From Chrysochromulina tobinii (Eukaryota): a stretch of 63,023 bases of DNA. The translations under genes and the position numbers were made by a program. This document shows positions 42,883-52,715 of the stretch, in pieces; positions within the stretch are counted from its first letter, which is position 1, and the number at the start of each line of letters is the position of its first letter. The stretch covers positions 1 to 63,023 of the forward strand of contig JWZX01003152.1 of NCBI GenBank assembly GCA_001275005.1, written 5' to 3'. The notes under the pieces were generated by a model. That model was given only the letters and a program-made list of their open reading frames with translations, was not told the origin of the DNA and made no database searches.

Positions 42883-45192
42883 ATGCTGCCCGAGGCCAGC
42901 GAGGACATTCTGAAGACACTGGACGCGACCCACGCCTCACTGGAGCAGCAACGAGCTTGCGGACCGGCAGCGACACCAGCTAGAGCGACCATGGATGTGA
43001 TGCTCTCCTCTCCAGACGCGGCTGCATCGCCACAGGCGGCTACCGCTGATATCGCCATGCTTCTGCGCGCAGCGGAGCAGCACCGCAAGCTCGCGCAGCT
43101 CCTTCCCGACGAGGACATGCGGCGTGAGATGCTCGCCGAGGCCGACAAGCAGGAGGCGCAGGCGCAAGCGCTCATGCGTCGCGGAGCGGCTGGAGCTGGT
43201 GGCACGTGGCAAGACCTCGACGCGCAGCGGCTCTCTGTCGGTCCACAGCAGCCGCCGCCGCCGGCCCCTGGCGTCGGAAGTTTCGTCGACCGCAACGGCC
43301 GAGTCGTCGAGTTCCAGAAGGGGCCTGTGGTCGAGCCGGCCGTGGCGTCCGCGCCGCCCCCGGGCGTCGGCAACTTCGTCGACCGCTACGGCCGTGTCGT
43401 CGAGTTCCACAAACGGCCTGCAGACGAGCCGATCGGCGCGGGGAGCTCCGAGCTGGCTGCGAGCGTGGGGGGGGCACCCGCGCCGGCCGGCTCGACGGTG
43501 CGTGCGGTGCTGCGTCGCGACTCGGGCGGCCTCTTCAAGCTCGGCCTGCGCGAGGGCGCAGGAGGCGTGCTCATCGGCCGTCTGCCGTTGTCGGACGCGG
43601 AGGGCGACGAGCGCACGCGGCTGTGCGAGGGCGACCTGGTGCTCGCGATCAACGGGCTACGAACGAATACGATGAGCTTCGAGCAGCTCCGAAGCTACGT
43701 CAAGGAGTGCCCGGGAGCTCTGCATCTCGAAGTGCGCCGCATGCCGGGCGGCGTGCCGGGAGGGGCACCCACTCGCGATACGGTCGGCGGCGGCATGGGC
43801 GGCGGCGGCGGCGGCATGGGCAGCGGCGCCGAGCCGGATCCCCTCGAGGCCGTTGCTGGCGGCGTCATACACGGCCTCGAGTCGCTCAAAAAAGGGTTTC
43901 GGCAGCTCGTGGACTCGAGAGAATCTCGGGAGAATCTCGAAAAGCTCCGCGATCTGGGCGACGAGCTCAAGGAGAAGACCAAGGGCTTTTTCGAGCAACT
44001 GGGCGGCCTAGGCCAGGGCGGCAGCGATGTGGGCGGCGGCGCTAAGGGCGGCGGCGGCATGGGCGGCGGCGGCATGGGTAGCGGCGGCGGCATGGGTGGC
44101 CGTGGCGCCTCGACTGGCGGCGACCCTGATGCCCGTTACGGTTCCCACAATGTGGATGAGCTGACCGCGCGAGCGGAGGCGGCCGCGCGCGCCGCGCGCG
44201 CTGTGGCGAGCACTGCGCCAGCTCCGGGCTCCCTTGGAGGAGTAGGGGCGGTCGCATCGCCGCTGCTGCACTCCAATGCCGCAGATAGCACCTCGATCTT
44301 ACCGGTACCGCACAGCGCCGGCACCCGCCCTGCCGTGCAAGCCCCTCCGATGGGTGCGCCCTCCAGCGGCGCGCGTGCGGGCCTGTTTGTGGACCGCTAC
44401 GGCAATCCTGTCGAGTTCCAAATTCGGCCGCCCGCCGCACCCGCCGACCCTTCATTCTTCCCATCGAGCTCCCCAATGAGCTCGATGGGCGGCGGCGTAG
44501 GCTTGGTGGATGGACCCCATCACGGCGCCGCCGGCTTGGTCAACACCGGGCGCATGGGCGGCGCCGGCGTGGAGCTGCTCGATGAGGCCACACAGCTCGC
44601 TCTCGCTCTCTCTCTCTCTGAGGCTGAGTTTGCAGCCAGCGCTCATCACGGCGCCTCCGGGGTGCCGAGACCAGTGCCGTCTGCGGAATATCTCGGCGGT
44701 CTGTACCCCACATCGCCGCCGCCGCCGCCGCCGTCTGACGGATCGATGCCGCCACCTTCGATGCCGCCGCCGCCACTGGACAGCATGGCTGCACTCTACT
44801 CAATGACGCCACCATCGCAGCCGCTGCCTTTTCCAGGGGTGTACGGGGGCAACGGCAACGACCACTTTCCCCAGGCTAGCCCGCCTCCGCCGCCCATGTA
44901 CCCACCGCCACCACCCGGCCCGCCGCCGCCCGACGGCATGTACAGCGGAGCCATGTCCGAGGAGGAGCTGCTGCAAGTCGCGATGCACCTCTCGCTCGCA
45001 GAGGCGCAGGCGCAGCAGGCGGCGGAGCGTGCGGCGCTCGAGACGGCGCTCCGAGCCTCCGCCACCGAGACGCCTGTGGGCGACCTCCACGGCGAGCTTG
45101 GTGCCCAGCCGCCCACGATCGCCGAGGACCTCGCCACCGTGTTTGCCGGTCGGGTGCCTGCCCCTGCGGTGGAGCCACCAAACTTCTGCTAG
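42883..45192 (+). CDS. PDZ + UIM-containing Pro/Gly-rich adaptor (start 42883 or 42991)
   Basis: PDZ: LCEGDLVLAING..T..MSFEQL...LHLEVRR; UIM-like DEATQLALALSLSE, EEELLQVAMHLSLAE. Confidence 0.75.
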   Translation: MLPEASEDILKTLDATHASLEQQRACGPAATPARATMDVMLSSPDAAASPQAATADIAMLLRAAEQHRKLAQLLPDEDMRREMLAEADKQEAQAQALMRRGAAGAGGTWQDLDAQRLSVGPQQPPPPAPGVGSFVDRNGRVVEFQKGPVVEPAVASAPPPGVGNFVDRYGRVVEFHKRPADEPIGAGSSELAASVGGAPAPAGSTVRAVLRRDSGGLFKLGLREGAGGVLIGRLPLSDAEGDERTRLCEGDLVLAINGLRTNTMSFEQLRSYVKECPGALHLEVRRMPGGVPGGAPTRDTVGGGMGGGGGGMGSGAEPDPLEAVAGGVIHGLESLKKGFRQLVDSRESRENLEKLRDLGDELKEKTKGFFEQLGGLGQGGSDVGGGAKGGGGMGGGGMGSGGGMGGRGASTGGDPDARYGSHNVDELTARAEAAARAARAVASTAPAPGSLGGVGAVASPLLHSNAADSTSILPVPHSAGTRPAVQAPPMGAPSSGARAGLFVDRYGNPVEFQIRPPAAPADPSFFPSSSPMSSMGGGVGLVDGPHHGAAGLVNTGRMGGAGVELLDEATQLALALSLSEAEFAASAHHGASGVPRPVPSAEYLGGLYPTSPPPPPPSDGSMPPPSMPPPPLDSMAALYSMTPPSQPLPFPGVYGGNGNDHFPQASPPPPPMYPPPPPGPPPPDGMYSGAMSEEELLQVAMHLSLAEAQAQQAAERAALETALRASATETPVGDLHGELGAQPPTIAEDLATVFAGRVPAPAVEPPNFC

Positions 45193-45519
45193 TTGTCGCT
45201 GCTCAAACACTTTACGCATTTCCCTTGCAGCGCGTCGCATCCATTAGTTTGGAGTGTAGTAATAAGTCCTCTCTAGATTGGCCACTGCACACATGCCACA
45301 GCACACAGGCCGGGCGCCACTGCCCGACTCGGACTACTGCCCCGAGTGTCGAGTGCCGGGACGCGTGGGCGGCTACTAACCGAACTCGTAACTGGAAACT
45401 GCACTTAATCGAGCTAGAGGTACAAAGCTGGACCTGTGCCAAGCGACCGGCCCACACTCCAAGGGACCGTCAGCAACGGCAAGCACGCCGCGAAGCCTCA
45501 ATTCCTGCCCGACGGCGCT

Positions 45520-46089
45520 TCAGTGCTCGAGAGCCGTGACGAAGAGGACCGAATAGTCCTGCTTTAAGCAGCCTTCGACTGCCGGCATGGGTCCGCCCGG
45601 CTTTACGGGAAAGGCGTTGGGATTGGCGTTCGCCGGTGAGCCACCAGTGTACAGAGCCGAGCGGCACGGCAGATGCGTCACGTCGTACAACGTCGCACCA
45701 CCAGAGAGCTCCCAAGAGCCATCAGCTCTCACGCTCAGGATGCTTGTGGTTTCGCGTCCGCCAGTCACCTGGTATTTCATCGGCGGCAGCGGGAACTCTG
45801 GCGCCTCCATGATGAGGCCATGCTCCTCCAGCCACCAGCTGTGGCTGTCGAAGCTCCAGCCCGCTGGCGCTCTTCCAGAGCCGAGGTCCTTGTTGAACCG
45901 CTGAAGCCGAACACCTCGAGGCCCTGGATCTATTCTCCAGATGCCCCAGAGGTGCGCGTCCTTGCCGCTCGTTGCGCGGTTGCCAGGCCCCGTCGGATCG
46001 ATCGCCGCAGCAATGAATTGGATGTCGCGCAGGGCCTTCATCTCTTGCGCTGAGACGACGAGTGCGAAAGCCAGGAAAGCTCCAGCCAT
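45520..46089 (-). CDS. Secreted/targeted hypothetical protein
   Basis: Signal peptide; Trp/Gly-rich globular motifs WR.DPGPRGV, WWLEEHGLIME.P, LYDVTHLPCRSA. Confidence 0.75.
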   Translation of the reverse strand: MAGAFLAFALVVSAQEMKALRDIQFIAAAIDPTGPGNRATSGKDAHLWGIWRIDPGPRGVRLQRFNKDLGSGRAPAGWSFDSHSWWLEEHGLIMEAPEFPLPPMKYQVTGGRETTSILSVRADGSWELSGGATLYDVTHLPCRSALYTGGSPANANPNAFPVKPGGPMPAVEGCLKQDYSVLFVTALEH

Positions 46090-46235
46090 GCACTGGTCCA
46101 GGAAAGTTCCGAGGAATTTCGAAGGGGAAGCCTTGTTGAGGGGTTCCCCCAAATTTCTCCAAATTTCCCCAAATTTTGTCGCGTGTGCGTTTGATCTCGC
46201 GCCGCGCTTCGGATTCGTCGCTGGCCGCGCTTCGG

Positions 46236-47582
46236 ATGTCGTCGCATGTGCGACCAGTCTTCGGGCAACTAGATGGAACGCGCAGCTCGTTGTGGGAATC
46301 TCTCAGGCTCGAACTGCAGCTCCTGATCTTGGAGTCAAGCCCCGGGCTCACGCTCACAACCATCTACAGCGCGACTGCTACTTGCAAGCACTGGCGGCCG
46401 GTTCTTGCGCAAGTGCGCCACGCATACCTCCGAACTCCGAGCGAAGCGAATGCAGCAGCATTGCGGCTGTGCCCCTCCATCGATCACGTTGCGTGCTGCA
46501 TCATAGACGATCCAGCGTGTGAGCGTGAAGATGGTCCAACTCGTGACGAAGAGGAAATGTCGGCACGTATTCCGTTTGCACTCACGGCCCTGCCTGCTCT
46601 CCGTTACATTACGATCGGCCATTGGGATACCAACCACAACGGATCGCATCCAGACTCTTCTGATCTGGGCACGAAAGTGCTCTTGGCGATTTGCCATGCG
46701 CGCCGTGCAGGCGCTTTGAATGCGCTCGAGCACATTGAGCACGGCTGTCACGTCTGTCGAGTGGTACAAGTGCGAATTTGCCGTCAAGTCCTCGCCGAAG
46801 GGCACACGCACATCGATCCTGCGGACGCCGATGGCTACGCGATGTCCGCGGCAAAGCAGAGCTGCATTTGCAAGGAACTGGTTCGGTCGTTGCCTGCGCG
46901 CAACTGTCTTCAGTATCTCACGGAGCACAGTCTGTGCCTGCCTAAACCCCAGATAGCTCAACACGCCATCCGAGCGGGGGCAAAAGACCTCCTCAACAAG
47001 GTGCACCTTGGGTGCTCACGGAATGGAAATGGCAGGCACCGCCCTCCTGACGGGTTTGTGGGAAATTGGGTCGGAAAAGAGTCAAGCGAGACTGGCGCGG
47101 GACCTGGACCCTCCTACTTCGCAGAAAGCATGAATTGGGCACCGCTTTTCGCAGACAGCGCGGGCGCCACCTACTTCGACGTCGTGGTGCTGACTGCCGG
47201 CTATGGTTGTAAAGATGCCGAGGAATACGTGGCCACGGTCAACCTGTTTGTTCGACATGGTGGTGTGCCCAGTGAGCCGTTACGTACAGCAGCCCGCGAG
47301 GGTCGGGTCGCAACGATGCTGGCCGAGTGGGCAGATGGATCTCCGGAGGCAGGCCGATTGGATTGCCTGGCGGTGGAGAAGTGGCTGGCGGGCCCGATTG
47401 GCACAGCTCTTTTGACGAAGGAGTGTCTTCGGACGGTGGAGGGCGCTGAGGATGAGGGCGAGGAGGAGGAGGGCGAGGAGGAGGAGAGTGAAGAGGAGGA
47501 CGAGGACGAGGAGAGTGAAGAGGAGGGCGAGGAGGACGAGGACGAGGCCGTGGACGAGGACGAGGACGAGGACGAGGAGTAG
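46236..47582 (+). CDS. F-box-like protein with acidic C-terminal tail
   Basis: WESLRLELQLLILE...ATCKHWR F-box pattern; E/D tract 47449-47579. Confidence 0.6.
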   Translation: MSSHVRPVFGQLDGTRSSLWESLRLELQLLILESSPGLTLTTIYSATATCKHWRPVLAQVRHAYLRTPSEANAAALRLCPSIDHVACCIIDDPACEREDGPTRDEEEMSARIPFALTALPALRYITIGHWDTNHNGSHPDSSDLGTKVLLAICHARRAGALNALEHIEHGCHVCRVVQVRICRQVLAEGHTHIDPADADGYAMSAAKQSCICKELVRSLPARNCLQYLTEHSLCLPKPQIAQHAIRAGAKDLLNKVHLGCSRNGNGRHRPPDGFVGNWVGKESSETGAGPGPSYFAESMNWAPLFADSAGATYFDVVVLTAGYGCKDAEEYVATVNLFVRHGGVPSEPLRTAAREGRVATMLAEWADGSPEAGRLDCLAVEKWLAGPIGTALLTKECLRTVEGAEDEGEEEEGEEEESEEEDEDEESEEEGEEDEDEAVDEDEDEDEE

Positions 47583-48258
47583 GGGTAGGGCGAGGGGGAC
47601 GAGGCTCCTTTGGAGGAGATGGCGAGATGCACATTCAACATTGCACTGCTGTCGTGTAGACTGCGCATCAAATCGTATCTGGCTACGGCGTGCCGACTCG
47701 CGTCGAGCGCCCGTCTAGCGGCCCGAATGCAATGCGGGCGGGGCGTGTCATGAGTAAGATCGTGTAAAACGCACGTGCATTAATCGTATGCCGGAAGTGT
47801 GAGGCCGCCGGAACGCCGATTTACTAAAAATACGATAAACGCCGGCTACGGCTGGGTACGCCTATTCTCGCCCTACGCGTGCGCCGCTGCCTCGTTGGAT
47901 GCGCCGTGACCCGTGTGTAAGTCCGTGTGTGATCGCTGATCCGCCTAAAGCTGAATCCCGAGAGGCGCTAAAGCCTGATCGGCGCGGATCGTACCGCGAA
48001 TGCATCCAAGCCGTGGCAGTCGTGTTGGCTGTTGCTGAGTCGACTGACGACCCCTGAGAGCCTCTGCGCTGACCGCTGTGAACCTCTATGCGCTGTGTGA
48101 GCCTCGGTGCGCTGTGAATTCCAATGAGAGAGGCTTCTGGTCGCAGCGCCACAGTGGGTGGGTCCCACACCGCTTTGAAGCTACGGCCTAGCCGTAAGGC
48201 TACGCACTCGCCTGCTTCCGTCTCCCCCAGACCGGATGAGAGTTTGACCGGACGTTTC

Positions 48259-48954
48259 TCACGGCAGCGCGCCCGCGAGATAGCTGTTGAGCTCACTCAT
48301 GCTGATGCTTGCGCTGCCATCCGTGTCCATCTTCTGAAACGCGGCTTCGAACTTATCCTTTCCCTCGCCATCGCTCACATTGTCCATGCCCAAGGCGGCG
48401 CGGACCGATTCATTCTTGCGCAGAGCGATCAACAGCTCTGCCTTGGACAGGCGGCCGTCTTGGTTCTTGTCGATGAGGTTGAACACCTCAGTCACCCGAG
48501 GATCGATGGCGCTCACCGGCGTCTCCACGATGGGAGCGGCGGCGATGGCGACGGCACGCTCGTGCTCCGGAGCAGAGGTGACCTCGCCGCCAGATATTGA
48601 CTTGGCAGGCGGCGGAGCGTTCTTCTTCGCGGCGAGGTGAGCGAGAACATCCTCCATCTCCTTCTTGAAAGTGGCGTCGTCTGACCCAAGCAACGCCATT
48701 CCCTTGATAAATTCGTCGAGTTCAAGCTTTCCATCGCTCTTCTTCTGGCTATCCAGCATGTGAAAGAGCATCGTCGCCTCCATCGGATCGTCTCCGCCCT
48801 TTTGTGTCGCCATGAACTCGTTGATGTCCACATAGCCATCGCCATCAGAGTCCATGGCCTGAAAGACCTTCTTGCACAATCCCTTGCGGTCGACTTTGCC
48901 AGGTGGCTTGTCGCCGCTCGGCGCCGCGTTGGATGTTGACGCTGCACAGCCCAT
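48259..48954 (-). CDS. N-acylated four-EF-hand calcium-binding protein
   Basis: MGCAAS (myristoyl/palmitoyl-type start); DSDGDGYVDINE, DKNQDGRLSKAE, DTDGSASISMSE. Confidence 0.88.
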   Translation of the reverse strand: MGCAASTSNAAPSGDKPPGKVDRKGLCKKVFQAMDSDGDGYVDINEFMATQKGGDDPMEATMLFHMLDSQKKSDGKLELDEFIKGMALLGSDDATFKKEMEDVLAHLAAKKNAPPPAKSISGGEVTSAPEHERAVAIAAAPIVETPVSAIDPRVTEVFNLIDKNQDGRLSKAELLIALRKNESVRAALGMDNVSDGEGKDKFEAAFQKMDTDGSASISMSELNSYLAGALP

Positions 48955-49066
48955 GGTCGCGACGGCGGCGAGGGAGGCCCTCGATGGACGCAAAAACGAC
49001 CCTCGAGCGAAACGTCGTCCTCCCGCGCGCTTTCGCGGCTCTCCACTTCCGCGCGAGCGAGCACAC

Positions 49067-49585
49067 ATGAGCACGAAGGCGTCGCCACGCAAGCGCGCAT
49101 CACCCGGGTCGTCCAAGAGCGGCTCAAAGGCCTCCAAGATCACACGCGCCGATGGCTCTCCAGGCACGCTCGGAGCCCTCTTCCGGAAGGCACGCACGGC
49201 GCCGCCCTCAGCCGAGCGGTCGAAGCTGGCCGCCACCGCTGCTGAGCCCGAGCATGAGGACCCCGCCGCGCTCGAGGACGAGGATGATGAGCCAGTGCTC
49301 TCGCCCGCCACCCCCGCCGCCGCCGCCCCAGATGCCTCATCCGTGGCGGGCCCCGCGGCTTCACTGCTGCTGCCGCTGCCACCACTGACCGAAGCCGAGG
49401 AGAAAGAGCTCAAGGCCTTTGACCTGAACATGAAGTGGGGACCGTGTGCTGGGATCTCGCGCATCTCGCGTTGGGAACGTGCCAACGACTTCAACCTCGA
49501 CCCGCCCGCGCGCGTCATGGAGCTTCTGCGCGGGCGCGAGAACGACAAGTTCAACAAGTCGCTCCTCACGCGACTGGGCATCTGA
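49067..49585 (+). CDS. POLD4: DNA polymerase delta subunit 4 (p12/Cdm1)
   Basis: L..FDL..KWGPC.GISR..RWERA....L.PP..V. Confidence 0.88.
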   Translation: MSTKASPRKRASPGSSKSGSKASKITRADGSPGTLGALFRKARTAPPSAERSKLAATAAEPEHEDPAALEDEDDEPVLSPATPAAAAPDASSVAGPAASLLLPLPPLTEAEEKELKAFDLNMKWGPCAGISRISRWERANDFNLDPPARVMELLRGRENDKFNKSLLTRLGI

Positions 49586-50091
49586 TCGGTCAGATGTCTG
49601 TCTGAGATCTCGACGTCGGGCAGCTGAAGTGACGATCAGCCGACGGGGTGCATACAGGTGTACGAGTAGTCGTGCAGCGTGTTCCGAGGCTGAGTACCGC
49701 GCGTGTTGAACACCAGAGTTACACAAAGAGAAAGACGGATCGAGGATTTTAGGATACAACCACGCGCCCACACCATGAGTCCGGTCGAACAAACCAACCG
49801 CGAACACTGAATACGAACACACCGATCGCCGTCCTCTACATTTACGACCTCGTCTTCATGTACCCGTGTCGCGCCGGCGCCGCGTTCACTTCTGCCTCTC
49901 TGTCCATGCACACTGTCGTCACTCAACAAGCTACTCGCTCCATTGTCAGCCTGCTGCTGAAACTAAAGCTGTTCAAGACACCGCACGAGCCGCTCGGACC
50001 CCGAAGCACGGAAGCCGCACTCGCTCTCGCACTTGATTAGGAAGTTGTTGGTGGTTGATTTGTGGACTTGCCACATGAGGAAAAAGGTTCA

Positions 50092-52650
50092 ATGCCAGCC
50101 GACGAATCGCTAGTCGAGGCGTCCGTGAGCGACATCAAACGCGTGCTCAACCTCGAATCCATGGAGGTCTACCACAAATCGCTCACACCGTTGAAGAGCA
50201 GTTCGTTAGATAGCGCGCCAGATGAGGGCGAGCTGCGTGAGGTGATCGAGGAGCTTATCCGCACAGAGAGCACGTTCCTGCGAGACATGCGCTTCACTGT
50301 GAGGAATTTCGCTCTGCCGCTGCGCGAGTTGCTCGACGCGGCACAGGCAAGAGCCATCTTCTCCAACCTTGCGCAGATCCTCGAGCTGCACGCGCGCCTC
50401 GTGAGCGCGCTGCCAGAGCCGGAGGCACGCACCAACCTGCCGACGAGCTCTGCTGCGCGCTTCAGCAGCCACGCCACGTCGCTCGGCTCGCGGACGAGCG
50501 GCGGCGACGACGGCTGTGGCGGCGTGTGCGGCGCGCACGGCACGAGCTCTTCGTCTGTCGCGGCCAAGGCGCAGATCGTTGCGAGCGCCTTTGTCAAGCT
50601 ACAGCCCTTTTTCAAATGCTACACCTCGTACTGCGGCAACTACCCGTACGTGTCGGGGGCGCTGCTCAAGGCACGCAGCAGCCTTCGCGTGTCCTCCTTT
50701 TTGGAGGGCATGGAGCTCACGCACTCGATATCGCTCCAGGCCCTCTTGTTTCGACCGGTGCAGCGCTTGTGCGCCTACCCGCTGCTGCTGCAGCGGGCTC
50801 TCAAGCACGTTCCTCAGGCACACCGGCTGCATGCGCCGGTGGAGGAGGCCTTCAGCGTGATGCAGCAGATGGTGACGCAGGTGAACGAGCAGATGCGCGC
50901 ACAGGAGGCGCAGGTGCGCATGCTGTGCGCCCTCCTGTCCGACGTCACGAACGCGCCACCTGTCGAACATCTTCTAGCGCCCGATCGCTCTCTTGTGCGC
51001 GAGGCAGTCGTCCACATGAAATTGACGAAACTGACCAGCGGCAGCGCCTCTGGCAGCGCCTCAGGCAGCGCCTCTGGCAGTGCCTGTGCAGCAGCGGGGT
51101 GGCAGAGCGGCAGCTGGCTTGAGGGCGAGGATGACGACGCCTCGATCAGCGCTGCCCACCACGACGCCTCGATCAGCGCTGCCCACCACGACGCCTCGAT
51201 CCGCGCTGCCCACCACGACGCCTCGATCAGCGCTGCCCACCACTCGTTCAAGCGCTGCACCAGTACTCCCAAGCCCCTTGGCACGCCCTTGGCCGATGCG
51301 CTGCAGTGGGGGCGGCGGCGCGAGTACAGATGGTACGTGTTCAGCGACATGCTCATGGTCTGCCAGCCGCAGCTGAGCCTCTTCGGTGGCGAGAAGAAGA
51401 AGCTGGCGTGCCGAACCTTCTTTGAGCTGGCCGATCTGCGCGTCGTGCCGAGCACGGGCTCCACCCTCTTCCCACAGCCGGCTGCAGGCGTCGTGCCGAG
51501 CACGGGCTCCTCCCTTTTCCCACAGCCGCCTTCATCTCCATCGCAATCTCCATCGCAAACTCCATCACGAGAGGCTGATGGCGCCGTGTCGGGCCTCTTC
51601 GGGAGCATCAGCGCCACGGACGCCCAACACGGCGCCAAAGACGAGCCATGGACGCCCAACACGGCGCGGGGCACACCCGCAGGCTTGAGCCGCGTGCCTT
51701 CGAGCTTGAGCGCTCTCTCTCGGAGCGCCTCGATGAAGAGCGTCATCAGTGAGTGCTCGCGGAGCGCCTCGATGAAGAGCGTCATCAGTGAGTGCTCGAG
51801 GAGCGCCTCGATGAAGAGCGTCATCAATGAGTGCTCGAGGAGCGCCTCGATGAAGAGCGTCATCAGTGAGGATGAGGAGCTAGCCGAGGCGGGCGGAGGC
51901 AAGGCGCAGAAGCCCGAGGTCCTCCGCCTGATCTACCACGGCGCCGAGTACAAGTGCTGGGCCACCTCCGAGGCCGAGATGGCGGCCCTTGTGCACCAGA
52001 TTAGCCAGCTGCAGCGAGAGCATGCAATGCGGGTAGAGCGCAACTCGCGACGCTCGTTCTCGTTCAGCTCAGCCGATCGGCAAATGAGGGCCGCCGCAGA
52101 TTGTGATGCGCTTTGGACCCCCCCGCAGAGCCATGTGCCCGACGACACGCCGTCCCAGGGGCTTCCCAAGAGCCCGCACCACCCTGGACCCTCACCGCGA
52201 CATTCACATTCACATTCACACCACCCTGGACCCTCACCGCCCAACAACCTGCGGTTGCGGTGGGGCGGTATAGCTCGGCATGCGTTGCCCGCGTCGCTCG
52301 CATCCTCTCGGCCTGTGAATGTGAATGAGGCCTCGCTTGCATGCATCCGTTGCCCGCATGCATCGCTTGCATCCGAGGCCACGGTCGATGGCGCCGCCAC
52401 TTCCGCTGCACGCTGGCAGGCCGCGCATGCCACCGTCGCTGCGGCCCCCGAAGAGGAGACTCTACTAGACGTCCTTGCTGAGGCGGCCACCGCTTCTCGG
52501 CGTGCAAAGCGGACGAAGCACGCGGCAGCCATTCGAGTGCAAGCTGCCTACCGTGGCAGTTCATGCCGCCAGTCCGCCGCCACATTCACATTCACATCCA
52601 CTGGCCGCCAGTCCGCCGCCGTTGGCCGCCACTGCGCCATGCTGCATGGT

Positions 52651-52715
<65 letters not shown>

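Noticed and set aside
5154..47582. Apparent cluster of ubiquitin/cell-cycle genes (CDC20, UBC, UBZ, CHFR, UIM, F-box)
   Set aside because: Scattered among unrelated genes; these families are abundant, so no evidence of functional clustering
48955..49581. 440-aa minus ORF fully antisense to POLD4
   Set aside because: The EF-hand protein has a natural MGC start at 48954; open antisense frames are common at this GC3
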